From: Takakia lepidozioides
Lineage: Eukaryota > Plantae > Bryophyta
Assembly: GCA_030704615.1 (NCBI GenBank)
Contig: CM060732.1
Location: 8,060,001-8,124,000, forward strand
Length of the DNA: 64,000 nt
Direction of reading: 5' to 3'
Notes under the pieces: model-generated
Database searches by the model: none
What the model was told of the DNA's origin: nothing
The model's input: only the letters and a program-made list of their open reading frames with translations
Position numbers and translations under genes: made by a program
In this document: positions 1 to 12,841 of the stretch, piece by piece
Position numbering within the stretch: position 1 is the first letter of the stretch
How the letters are laid out: the number at the start of each line of letters is the position of its first letter

Positions 1-1912
1 ATGTATCAGCCTCACACCCCCCGCCCCCCCCCCTTTTCTACTCTGATGCTTCAAGACTTGAAAGAAAGGCGTAGATAATCATATGAAGTTAAAAAGTCAC
101 AAATACCGCTGCAGTCAGGTTTTCGTGGAGATTCATCATCTCCTCAACCACAGCACACACATCCTTCAAGGCTGCTGCTTCGCGCTCTTTCTCCTGTGCA
201 GCCCTGTGCTCCCGGAGCTTCATCCCCTTATGTGTTATAGGGCATTCTTACCTTCCAACTGAACACCAACAACTGACATGGTGTAGTATGGCAACAGACA
301 TCTCGTACGCCCAGAAAACATCTGAACACATGATATGTCAGAAAGACATGGCACTCCAGCAAACCTCCAGAGGCTAAGATATGGTCCACCACTTCTTTCA
401 GTCAGTCCTGCCCTATGATGTCTGTAGGTGATCATGAGAAATCAATAAGGTCATTACACAGCTTTGGAACTGACGGCTATCTGAGCCACAGTAGGAGGGC
501 TGGAAAGGGGGAGGTGGAGGATCAATCAATACCCGTATAAGCTGTTCCTGAATAGCTATTGTGCGCTGTCGCACCGCATCATCAGGTGGGAGGCCACGCA
601 ATACATTCACGACGTCCCTCACCAAACGACCAAGTTTGAACATGCTCTCCTGTATAATGCTCACCCAGGGGCTTGGCATGCAACCAACCTCAATATTGAT
701 TGCAATTCTAACTCACTACCCAACTATGACCAATGCCACAAAACTCCATGCAGATTGCTGGCAGAGGGTTTATGGCCCAAAAACTACAAGATCACATGTT
801 TTCAGCTCCACCCACTACTCAAAAGTTGAGTGTCCAAGTAGAAACATGATTTGAGGGGCGGAGGCAAGCAGTTGCGGGTGTCAGCTCTCGTTAATTTATC
901 ACAGGCTAGAACAGAGTCCAAAAGCAGGTCAAAACCAGAGAATTCAACTGAAGTGTTCTGCTCTTTGCTGATTAAAAAGAAAAGATCTATCTACAAAAAG
1001 AACCATAACTGCTGACACATAAGTATGCGATGCACTCCAGGACAACCAAAAAGTAGGATCATTACACAAAGATGATGAGATAATGATCCAGATTTATGCG
1101 TTCAGATGATGATGTCTGTTGTGTGATGATGAGAGAGAGAGTCTGTGTGGCAGAGTAGGTGGACATGAAATCAAGACCTAAACCTCTAAGGACAGATCAA
1201 ATATTAACAGCGTATCTTTTCACATATGGAAATCGGATCATTTATCAATAAATGCAAAGCTTTTACAACACGAGCGTGAATAGACGATGAAGAACCGTTC
1301 CACTCTGATTTGAACGACCGAAGGTGGATCTGTTGTGAAAGCAAATATGAGAGAGACAGAGCAGGGGCAATCTTCTCGGTTTAACAGTATCCTTCATCCA
1401 TACAGGTCTGGCTCCTACGATCGCCGGGAGAGGAGGAGAGAGGTAGGCAAAATTATCTGCAAACTACGAGCGTGGGCTTACCAAATTTGTATCTCGCGCA
1501 CAGTCCCCACTTCACTTCACTTCAAAGAGGACTGCGTTCAGAGTAAGCATGGAATGATTGATCGTTGCTGCAAGACTTCCCCCGATACCGAACCAGTTCA
1601 CGGAAACTGACATTCCATATCCAACACTCATAGAATACCGGTCGCCCACAAGATAATTCTTTTCCTGCTGCCTTCTTTGTTCCCTTGTTTATCATCTCCT
1701 TCCCTGCCCTCCTCCTCTTCTCCTCCTCCCTCGCTGCTCAAACAACACAGTAGAACCCCTAACGGAAAGGAACCCACTAACGAGAGACTAATGAGGATTC
1801 CGTTAAGTCCTAAGTAAGGTAATTATGGACGTTAAACTCCCTTGATATTTTGCGGAGCACTGCAACGCAGCGAGGAGCGAAAGAAGAGAGAAAGAGAAGA
1901 GAAGCGAGGGAG

Positions 1913-4213
1913 ATGGCGGAAGGCACAGAGTTGGTGTCGGACGCGGATCCGCGGGCGGCCACGTTCTCTTTCACTGATGAAGATCACACTCTTGGCAACT
2001 CTCTGCGATTTATTCTCAACAAAGAGTACGGATATTTCGTTTTGATTTAATCTTGCATCTCCCGTTGTGGCTACTTGTATCCCCTGTCTCGTCTACATTG
2101 GCTCGAATCCTAGAATTCTAGCCGAAGAACAGCATGCATAATTTCCTCGTGACAGACGGAGGGCTTTTGTCATGCGAGTTTCTTTGCTTTGAGATTGCCG
2201 ATTCCTGTCCATCGGAACACACGAAATCCCAACGTGTTATCATGCACACATAAACTGGATGCCCTGTATGATCATCAAGGTTTTTCAATGATATGCGAAG
2301 CCGGGTTAGCACCAACCGTTCGGCCTGAAGGAAAACTTCCGAGCCTAGTCTTAAACAGGGGATGAAGCTAGTTTAGCTGAAGATTCCTCGGTGTTGAGCC
2401 ACCTTCTCTGGAAAAATGCGGTGTAAAACTTTCAAGGATAAATGTAAATTGGAGCCCATCATATGGCGGTGCTTTCTATTTGGGTGGACCCTAATTCTTT
2501 CCCCTTGGCCATCACAGCCTTCCCTTTTCATCAGACAAGGGTTCAGAATGTCATTGATTGCAAATTGACAACAACGAACCACTGATATGTGGTTCATTTG
2601 AATGTGCAGGGGGCATTACCCTTCCAGAAAGGGAAATGCTCACCATCCTTCATTGTTTTTATTGCCAGAGTGTTCAAACTGATTTTCGATCTCAAAAGCA
2701 CATGAACAGAGTTTTCCCTTAAGCATTGAGAGCCCTCCGTCCCATTATCTTATGCAGTTCTTGGGGTACTGGGTCCCTCACTTCAGAGTCGTCTACTGGA
2801 GGGGCATGCCACTTGGCAGCTGGAGGAATCTGAGGCCCATATTAATCCGAACCCATTCTCCCGGTTGAGGTGTTTCTCCAGATATCGCTATTTCTGTTAG
2901 GGTAAGTTGGAGACGGGCCCACATCCCAATCTGCAGACAGGTTGATGCAAACATATGTGAAACACCCTAGTTTGGTTAGAGATCAGTGGTTAAGCAACTC
3001 CACAGTTGTTTGCATGGTCTTTGGAGTGTTAGCCAGTGGTTGAAGCAGTCACGGCTTGATCAACGCAGTGCAACTGACCCGTCATGTTGAGGATCCATTT
3101 CTGTAGGATAGTTTGAGCCTGAGTATAAATGTGTCATGTCTGTTGGGTAACTCAGATTAACTGAGCATGTTGAATGTTCTTCTGGTTATGATGAGGTGAA
3201 TCTGTTACTGTTGGCTGCAGTCCCAGGGTCTCCTTCTGTGGTTACAGCATTCCTCACCCATCTGAGAATCGGGTCAATATCCGAGTTCAAACCACGGGTG
3301 AGTTGAAGTATTCCCAACTGGCTTACAACAACAATTATCAGGCAGCATGCTCTTGCTGTGATTTGAGTATCAGCTGAAGCTGGATTCTTTGCAGTCCAAA
3401 TCATCAAGTTTACAGAATCAACAAATTGAGCAATGTAAGCAGAAGTGTAGCGATTGATGAGACTGTAGGCCATGACCCCAACTCGTGTGCTCTATAGTGG
3501 AAGAAAGAAAAACGGAAGTAGCCATTTTTTTAGCAGGGTCTTGAGTCTCGTTTTTACCAACCCAACTGCCAAGTTCTAGGAGCTTGGAATCCAGTATAGT
3601 TCAGAGTGATGCTTATTGTTCATGCGATTATGCTGTGGAAAAATTTCCCAGTCAGGTATTGAATGTTTGGTAACTTGAGCTCTCTCCTGAATGGACAGGA
3701 GGGTCAATTATCACCAATTTGGGAAGTTAGCCACTTGGCAGCCATTTGGGGGCTTCTTAGATGACGGAACACTGCTGGATAAGAATGAAATGTAACTTGT
3801 AGGGTTCCAAACAGACAGGTTTTTGTTGGAAATGCTCTTGTAGGTTATTTTGTGTGTTTGAAATGCAAATGCCATAGACCCAAGATCATTCATCGAATCC
3901 AAACAAGAGCAATTAAAAGTGAGAAGGCTGTCCAGCCTTGTCCTCTGGTTGTGGGCATTGAAACCTAGTTCGGCAGTGGCTTCCACTGGGTTTTCTCGTG
4001 CTTACATTGAACTGTTATTGGTGGATTGCAGGTGCACCAGCAAAACAGGTGTTGAAAGATGCATTGCATGACTTGATTGCTGTAGGGGAACATGTGAATG
4101 CGGCATTTGGGAGATCAGTGGAGCAACATAAGGCCACACAAGGCATGAATGACATGAGCATGAGGTCAGGCGTGACCTCCCAACACACCTCCGGCAGTGT
4201 TAAAGATCACTAA
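1913..4213 (+). CDS. RPAC2: DNA-directed RNA polymerase I/III subunit AC19 (RPAC2, RPB11-like family), 3 exons: 1913-2025, 3221-3297, 4032-4213
   Basis: Spliced translation [78 protein letters not shown]. It carries the EDHTLGN and FCGYSIPHP signatures of RPC19/AC19, and the GT-AG introns keep the frame. Confidence 0.92.
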
Positions 4214-4255
4214 ACTCACTAGTTGATCGAAACTTTGCCTTCTTCGATATCCAAA

Positions 4256-4400
4256 GTGTGGTCCTCTGAAGTCCATGAATGAACCAATCCCTTCCTATTT
4301 ATCCAGAGTGTGGTCCTCTGAAGTACATGGATGAACCAATCCCTTCTTGTTGTTCTTGTTGTCTCTGAAATCCATGAATGAGCCAGTGAAGTTCAAATGA
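4256..4400 (+). repeat. Short tandem duplication (~52 bp unit, 2 copies plus a partial third) in the 3' region of RPAC2
   Basis: agtgtggtcctctgaagt(c/a)catg(a/g)atgaaccaatcccttc occurs at about 4256 and 4307, with a partial copy at about 4362. Confidence 0.7.
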
Positions 4401-6200
4401 ACCAACTTATTTCTTAATGATGTAGTGAATTCTACAAACATTCCCTTTCTCCTTAGTTTTCCGTCTATCAAGTGTCGTCATATCATTACTGCATCAAACA
4501 TCACATCTTGAAGGCAAGAGATTTTACGATCTTCAGTATCAAAGGAAAACAGAAATTTCATAGCACTTTCCTTGCTGCTCCCTCCATTCTCTCAGACAAT
4601 GACAACAGCTACAAATGGCTTAAACTGCATAATGTGCAAAATCTCCTGAGGAAGATCATGATCAGCCCTTTGAGAAAGTACTCCATCCCGCAGGAAGATC
4701 CTGAAAGTATGATCCGGTAAATAGGCTACCAAATGGTTCGTGAGAAGGAGCTTGAGCAAGCAGCTCACAATCGCTATCTTATGAACTCAATGACAGCAAA
4801 GCAACTTCAATGTATGTGGAAGTAATGGCACATCTTCAGCATCCTTAGTGAGTTTCTGCTGCCATGGATCAACAGAACATGGAAAGTCCTGCCACTTTTT
4901 GGATGCTAGCAAGGCAGACTTAGGGCCTTACCATGCGAGTGGAAGTCCCCGCAACCTGCTGAAGGCCTGCTGATTGGTTGATTGCTCGTAAACTGACACC
5001 CTCGGGTACCACACGAGAGGAACGGCAACAAGAAGGCCATATGACGTGGTGCTTATGTGGAACCTCTTCGGGAAAGTAGGATTTCCAGGGACTATTGCCT
5101 GGAAATCCGAAAAGTTAGGGAACTACTTTGTCGCGATCTGCTCTTTCTCGCCGTGGCCCTCATCTGGTTCATTCATTTTTGCTTCTCAACGATCTGTTCC
5201 CGTGCCCCACTGCCGCTCATGTGGTAGCGTTGGTTTGTTTTTGCTGACATGGGCCTACTCTCCTTAACATACAGGTGCTATAATCCTAGCCAGGGACTTC
5301 CATGTCACTCGAGCTCACTGCCGCTCGTGTGGCTCTCAGCAGCTGCTGTCACCCTTCCTCTGCCACGTGTTGCAGGCCAACCTCTCCCTTCTTGGTACAC
5401 GCACTGCCTTGTGCTCAAGACAGCCCACTAATCCAACGGACCTGTGCAGGCGGATCCAATGGATCCAACGGCCCAAATTCAAAAACCAAAATCTACGACC
5501 TACAACCGGGACGTCTGGTCGCGGGTGACCGGGTGACAACTGCCGGTGCGGGAGTGACGTGGCACCCGTGGGCTGCGCGGGTCGTGGGTGGGCTGTGCGG
5601 TGGTGGGGGGGGCGGTGTGAGACTGCAATGTGTGCTGCGCGATGGCGACTTGGAAAGCTCCCTGCGATTTCCCTGCGCCTGCATGCAAACTGCGCTCTCT
5701 ACAATCCCTTCACGCCGGTCAGTCTCCCCAGGTGCTGGAATTTTGTTGTAAAGGGCAGAGATGAAGGACCAGGGAGTGGGCTCTTTATGTTTGAGATGCT
5801 GGGTGGCTGTAGCATAATTATGGCATTGCTTGGTGAACTCAGGTCCAGTCTCGGTGTTTGAGGTGTAGGAAGAACTTCCCTTTTTAGGAGAAAGAGATGG
5901 AGTGGTTGTAGCATGTGGTGACAGTGTAATAAGAATACCACCTTTGTGAAGGCAGTTCCGTTTGTCTAGCAGTCAGCGTTCATTTTCAATTTATTCAAGC
6001 CTTGATATTGAATGAGCTGGAGTTCTTTAGCTGGCAAGGATTGCAGTCCGGATTGGGTAACATAACGGATTCAAATTCGGAGCTTTTCGTCTCACTTTGT
6101 AATCCAGGATCGGACGGTTCCTCCTATTCATAGGTTGTTGAGTTGCAGTGTTCTGAATCAAGTAATCAGCGACTTTGAGTACAACTAAAGAGGGAGCCGC

Positions 6201-9200
6201 ATGGGGAAGAAGGGGGGGCACATGTTGGAGACACCTGCCTTTCTCGGCACCACGAATGTGAATAAGGCACGACGGCAGCGGCGTTTGAACTTCGCCATTT
6301 TCGTTACGTTCTTATCCGTCGACGTTTTATTTGCCACTGTAAGACGATGTTCCTACTATACGAATCAGGAATCACAACCTCCATTGGATCAAGAAAATAT
6401 GTGGCACAATTCAATTCCACCCATAATTAATCCCACACGAAGGAGAGTAACGAGTTCTGGCCATGATCATCACTGTACCCTTGGTGTAATTCTTGGCATT
6501 CTTTGGGACTTTCGAATCCAGAGAAAGCTATATAACAACAAAGGCTCACTTCTCGTACTTTGGAAAGGTTTTCTGGCTCGTTGCTATCTTGATTTGGTTA
6601 TTCTAATAGATTGTTCAAGAATGTGCCCATCATGACTTGGAAATTATCTAGGGCAAAGAGCAAAATCTGAATTTAGTGTCTCCCCCAAAGGCCCCAGTTT
6701 TGGAAGGGTATATTTTTGCCTCTAAATGTTGATTCAGTGACGTTACTACAAATGTCCCTCCCTCCCTCTCCCCCTCCATTCTCAGTTGGGGATCAATTAG
6801 GTTGGTTTCAAGTAATTGTTATAACGGGTAGAAGCTGGCTGGATGTTGATTGCTGCAGCTTTTATTCACAACGGTGCATGTTTGGAGCGCCAAGAATGAG
6901 TTCTCTTTGAAAGGGTTGTGGAATTCACTTACACATTTTACCACAGATGCGTTGGATCTGCTTCTACTCAGTCTTTTGCGGGTGGGGAGCCTTTCAGGCC
7001 TAGCCTACATTGGTAGTGAGCTTGCCTGGAGAGAAGCGGTGTCCGAAGAGCGGGAGAAGGTTCACAAATCACAGTCAAACACAGATGAGAATACTAATGG
7101 AAAGCTGCAAACTGCTTCCAAAGTTCGGAATGGTGATAGCAGAGAGCCACTTTTACCAAAGAAAGAAGTCAGGAGTCCTAAAGCTCCTACCACCATCCAG
7201 GAAGAGTGGTTCTCAGGCTCCTCCAAAAAGGACATTGTCCTTTTCATAGTCTTTTTGCTATGTACCGGCTTCCAGGTACCTCTTCTCGTTGACTTTCGTG
7301 CCCTTCAGTTAGCTGGGAGTTTAATTGCCAAAAAGAAGTTTCTAGTGCTTCAGATATCCTTCTCTCTCCCATGCCTCCTCATTATGAAATTTCTCTGTTG
7401 GGGATACATCAACAGTACTTCAGTCAGCGTTCTCTTCCAGCATAATGTCTGTACTAGCTCGTACCTCAAACATTCCCTTGTGATGAGATTGTTTGTGGCT
7501 GTGTACCTGCACCATCTCAAATTTAGGATGGTCTTATGTACCCCAGTTAGAATCCTGTGTTGACTATCAGGATATAGCCAGCGTTTGCAGGAAACAGTCA
7601 AGATATCTCTCTCTTTGTCATGTCAGAGAGGCTAAGATCATTGAAATCCGATGGCCTGCCAATGCAAACTTTCAAAAACCTCCATATGTGACAATATACT
7701 GGCTCCACCTCATGCTGGTAGGCGTGCTCTTGTATTTCTACTGGATCTCATAGCCCTTCTGTAGAGGTATACCATTCCTTATTGTTGTCTGATCACACGC
7801 AACTATAACTGCCCCACCTCCCTTCTCACAAAGTCTTCACACTGCATGATGGCAGGCATACGTGGGTGCCAAGTGCGTTGGATTCTATTTTGATGATGTA
7901 CATAGACTGTTGAGTGTGCCAGTGGAAGTATGGCAAGGCATCTTGATGGGCACTACCGTCATCTGGATCAACGGACAAAGCTCTATGTTGTCGCGTGTTG
8001 TGGACTCCAATCGTGTCCTGGGTCGCGCCCTCTTTTTGGATGGAAGGCATGCTGCCCAGAACAAAGAGGACCCCTGTGTGGCCCTCCGCACAAACATGTA
8101 ATAATGCCTATGTTTTCTTTGCTTGAGGTGCACAGAACACGAGGTGGGATTGAGAGGAAGGGGTAAGAGGAAGACCAGGTTTGGTTTGGGTAAACTGAAT
8201 TTCTAGTTATGATTGAGTTATACAAGGTATCCCAGTTGTGGTAGGTTGCCCTCTTGCTGTGGTCTCTGTCTCAGCAGTGGGTTGACAGTGTTTGTCAGGC
8301 TTGATGAGGCAAATGGGTCTTTCGTCAAAGATTAAATCCAAGTTAGGATCCTCTGCTAAAGCTAATTGCAATGATAGCACATGGAAGCATTAACTGGTGT
8401 AGATCTGGTTGTGCAAGTGACTTACAATTAGCAGGGTGGGAATGGTTAGCAGCAATCCTGCCGGCACGCAGGAAATGAGCGTGGAAGGGACATTGAGAGG
8501 GGACAAAGGAGTGAAAGATGAGAATGAGGTGGACCAAAATACCTACTTGATGCGTGCTATTTCGTTGGCACGAAACGAAGCTCTTCTCCTTTCATGTGGT
8601 TTCTTCTGCCTCGGCGTCTCATCTATCTCTAGCTTGATTTTACCAAACTACCAGGTCCTACCCACTCCGACTTCTCTGTTTTTCCTCTTTTTCTTTGCTT
8701 AGCCTTCATTTTCAGAGGGTTCCATGAGAAAGGGAATCAGACAAATTCCTTACGGCTGCTAGTATCCTGCATGGACTATGTCTCAAGGCTATAGCAAAGG
8801 GTGCTGGCAGGGGACTGTCAATGGAAGCACACCTTTGTCTATCTGGCTCGTCATGTTCCTTTACTGTTGCAGGGTAAGATATTGGACAATGTGATCCAAA
8901 GGGAGCGAGAGTTATTCAAGAGGGCTGTGCTGTTGTTAATTGCCTTCAGCTTGGTGACCGGCCTGTTTGAAGCTGCCCGAAATCTCAGCTTCACTGTGGT
9001 TGGCAAGCGCGTGTTGAAGACTCTGCAGGACAAACTTTTCATGGGCATTGTCATTCAAGATATTGTGTATTTTGATGGCACTACATCTGGAGAGGTTATT
9101 TGCTTCCTTGGTGACTGCACTTAGAGTAAGCTTGAGAAGATTGGAAACCAACTTGCCCTGTGTCTTGTACATGACAACTGATTGACAAGCAAAGATTGCA

Positions 9201-12200
9201 GAACAGTTCAAGCAGGAGATTGCTGCATATCCATCAGAATTTTTTGCTCGCAGGGGGTCAACAGGGCTGGTATTAATGTCCTTGTTATAAAAGCATCCAA
9301 GCTTTCACAATTTGATTCTAAGATGTGATCCATGTGTTTATGTTCAGCTGACCTCAAGGCTTACGAATGATGTGTCATCAATGGCCAATCCGGTGAATTG
9401 GATGCTCTCATCACTGCTGCGCAATGTTCTATCTCTGACAGGTGGATTTGTAATGTGCTTCATCATAAGCTGGAAGCTTAGTATGCTTGCCTTCACCACC
9501 ATGGCACCTATTATGCACATCACCTTCGTTTACTCTCGCTGGTCTAGGCAGCTCAACCGCAAACGCTACGCTTTGCTGGCAGAAGCTAATTCAGCTGCCT
9601 CTGAAGCTCTTGGAAACATTCGCACGGTGCGTGCCTTTTCCACAGAAGATGTGGAGATTGAGAGGTTTAAGTCAAAGACACTTGCTGCTATGCAAAAGGG
9701 TGTGAGAGATGCGTTTGCGTATGCAGGTGCAGTTGCTATCAATGATTGGCTGGATCTCGGAGCATCAGTACTTATACTTTGGTGAGTAGATTGTTAAAAC
9801 TGCCTTTTCTTTTTCTCTCTTATGGAGCTTACTCCCTAGCTATCAGCTTCTTCCCTAGGTAATGCAATTGCATCTGCCTTTTGGTTTTCAGTAGGACAAC
9901 CTCAGATATGCTTGTCTCTCTTATTATTCTAGCCTGCAGAGGAACTTTTGGCGACGGTAATAAAGTGTTAATCAACCTGTCAGTCACGCCTGCAATGGGT
10001 TCATGGCCTTCACTAGGACTTATGGTAGTTCTGCTTGTGTGGTAAGGTACGGAGGAGTATTGGTGATGAACAATCGTCTGTCAGCAGGCAAGCTCATCAC
10101 TTTCCAACTGTATTGGAACCAAATACAAAGTGGGTACAAAAGTATCATGTCTGTGTTGATGTCCCTCACGCGTGCAGCAGGGGCCGCCCAGCGTGTCCTT
10201 TCATTGGTGGATGCCCTCCCTGACATCGATCCAAATGCTGGCACCATGGTTGGCTCCCCTCTCTCTTTCTTTCTTCCTCTCTCACTCACTCACACTCTCT
10301 CTCTCTCTGCTACGGCAAACAATGTCTTATGAGTACATTCTCTCTCTCTCTCCCTGTGAAAAGGAGATTGTAATTGCCCTATGTGCGGGCAACCCGAAGA
10401 CAATATCCATTTGCTGATACTTTGTCCGGGGTATTCTCACCAGAGAGTGACCCTCTTCAGTCCTGCACCTCTATTCACCAACTTTCAAAATCTCAAGGCT
10501 GAGCCTAAATCCCTGGCCCTGTTGGGCTCTATCTGAGCTGCTCACACACGGCAGATTGATGCTTGTGTGAAGGGCTTTCTAGAGGATATCTGGAAGGCCC
10601 TAACTAATTGTTTATATCGAGGTAGTCACATACTGGAGTGAGCCCCTCACAAAGGTAGTGCCTATTCCCTATGTTTCTGTCCAAACTGGGTGCGGGGTCT
10701 ATGGCCACAAGGCTACGACCAACAAAATTTTATGAGTACATTCTCTCTCTCTCTCTGTCTGTTCCGCTCAAACTGGGCGCGGGATCAATGGCCACAAGGC
10801 TACGGCAAACAACGTCTTATGAGTACATTCTCTCTCGCTGTCTGTGAGACCACAAGGCTACGGCTAACAACGTCTTATGAGTACATTCTTTCTCTGTGTG
10901 TGTCTGTGTGTGTCTCTGATTCCTGCTTTTGTTAGGAAAGGGAGATGCTTCCCAGATCCAACTTTATTAGCCACAAACCATCTCTCTGTCTCTCTCTTTT
11001 GATGTGGTCGTCTTCTTTTATACCTCAGGGACACCTTTGGACGTTGAAATGTTCCTTCTTTCTTTCTTTATCTTGTTCAGGGTTGAGGGTGGCTTATGGG
11101 GAAACCTACCTTGACTAGAGACTGTCGTAATTGCAACTATAGGGGAGGCCAGAAGTCCCCTCTTGTTAAATTGAGGAAAGTACTTTGTATCTTCAGAGAA
11201 TGCTCATTCTTGGCATAAGTTTTCGATTGCAAGGACCATCCAGCACTGCATAGCACTTTACCTGCATGAGGCCCTCCTCCTGCTGTGCTAACTTGAGTTG
11301 CATTTGTTCCTGATGGTCACAGGTTTCATCTCTGGAAGGAGAGATAAGATTGGAGGACGTCCATTTCTATTATCAGATGCGACCACAGTATCCGGTTATA
11401 TCAGGGGTGCACTTACAGGTAGGAAGAGGCCAAGTGTGCGCACTGGTTGGACGGAGCGGTGGTGGCAAGTCCACCATTGTGCACTTGCTTATGCGTTACT
11501 ACGACCCCACCCAGGGTCGCATTTTACTAGATGGTTGGGACCTACGCAATCTCAATCTGAAATCTGTGCATAAGTACATGGGATTGGTGGCCCAGGATAC
11601 ACAGCTGTTTGCATGTTCGATTGAGGAGAACATCACTTATGGATTGTCAAATTACCGGCTTGAGGATTTGCTGGAGGCAGCCAGGTGGGTTGTGTGCATC
11701 TGTCTACGGCACATTCATGGTCTTTGTGGTTGTCAGATTTGTGTTTTTCGCATTTGGCTTTTTGTTTTGTTGATGGCTCTGTTTAGTTGGCCTTGGCCTC
11801 AAGTTTCTAAACAGCAAAGCTATCCCTTCTGTGAAAATACCACCACATCAACCTCCACTTCATGATATACATGCAAGTACATAGCAGGTTCTTACTTATG
11901 AAATGGGAGTGTTCAGGTATGCAAATGCTCATGACTTCATCATGAGATTTCCTGATGGATATGCAACGCGTGTTGGGGAGCGTGGGGTGCGCCTTTCTGG
12001 TGGTCAGCGCCAGGTATTCATTCTATCATCCACAATATCAGTCGCCCCAGTGATTCACATGCTGGTTTCGCATTTGGCTGTCCAGTACACTAAGTATAGG
12101 GGAAGCTGCTGGTCACAGGCCTTTATGCATGGTAAGTTTGCTGGTGACCTGGTTGGGAACCTTGCATAAAGGTGTGTGGATGACCGTTCAGTCAGTTACG

Positions 12201-12841
12201 TCAGAGGGTGAGGTAAACTAGTTAACACACCTTTTTCCCTTTGATATGGTCTGGATGCTTCAATTTCCTTGCTGCAAGTTGGAGAGGGTCTGACGCAGTC
12301 TGTTTGCATGAACACAGCGGATTGCAATTGCCCGGATGCTGCTACGGCGGCCAAAGGTGTTGCTGCTGGATGAGGCCACAAGTTCGCTGGACACAGAGAG
12401 TGAGGCACTGGTGCAACAAGCGCTGGATCGGCTCATTGGGGAGGGTGGGCGCACCATTGTCTTGGTGGCTCACCGGCTCTCTACAGTGCGCAATGCTGAC
12501 AACATTGCAGTCTTGGATAAGGGCTCGCTTGTGGAACAGGGCACTCATGATCAGCTCTTGCAGAGAAGTATGTCTTCTCTCCAATCGGGCACTTTTCAGT
12601 CTGTTTATTATGTTAACTGGATGTATTTTGGTATGTAAACATGGGAACACTGTCAATCTCTTCAGGAATCTCCACAGATGCTTATAAGATTAAGGTGCAA
12701 TTTGCAGAAGATGGGGTGTATGAGAGGCTTATACGGAGGCAGTTGCACAAAGCAAGCAGCCGCAGCTGGGAGGACCCTGAGGATGAATCCATTGGTGATG
12801 ATATCAACATGCTTTTGGACGATGATGCTTCTCATACTTGA
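6201..12841 (+). CDS. ABC transporter B family half transporter (TAP/ABCB9-like) with an N-terminal extra membrane region. Approximate exons: 6201-6338, 6859-7275, 7856-8097, 8435-8654, 8872-9094, 9348-9782, 10047-10247, 11323-11684, 11917-12013, 12318-12567, 12708-12841
   Basis: TMD motifs ([29 protein letters not shown]), Walker [10 protein letters not shown]-loop VAQD, signature LSGGQRQ, Walker [12 protein letters not shown] and H-loop VAHRLST, all joined by GT-AG introns. The N-terminal exons are less certain. Confidence 0.88.
10300..10920 (+). mobile_element. 5'-truncated non-LTR retrotransposon (LINE) 3' end with tandemly reiterated 3' tail, inside an ABCB intron
   Basis: About 10375-10600 translates as [24 protein letters not shown]...[11 protein letters not shown], a C-terminal CCHC-type domain of LINE ORF2. 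The tail ggccacaaggctacggcaaacaacgtcttatgagtacattc(tc)n occurs in whole or part about 4 times. A homologous copy lies inverted at about 59050-59320. Confidence 0.65.

Noticed and set aside
100-1620. Possible minus-strand gene at the window start
   Set aside because: Only short frames interrupted by stops, with no recognisable family.
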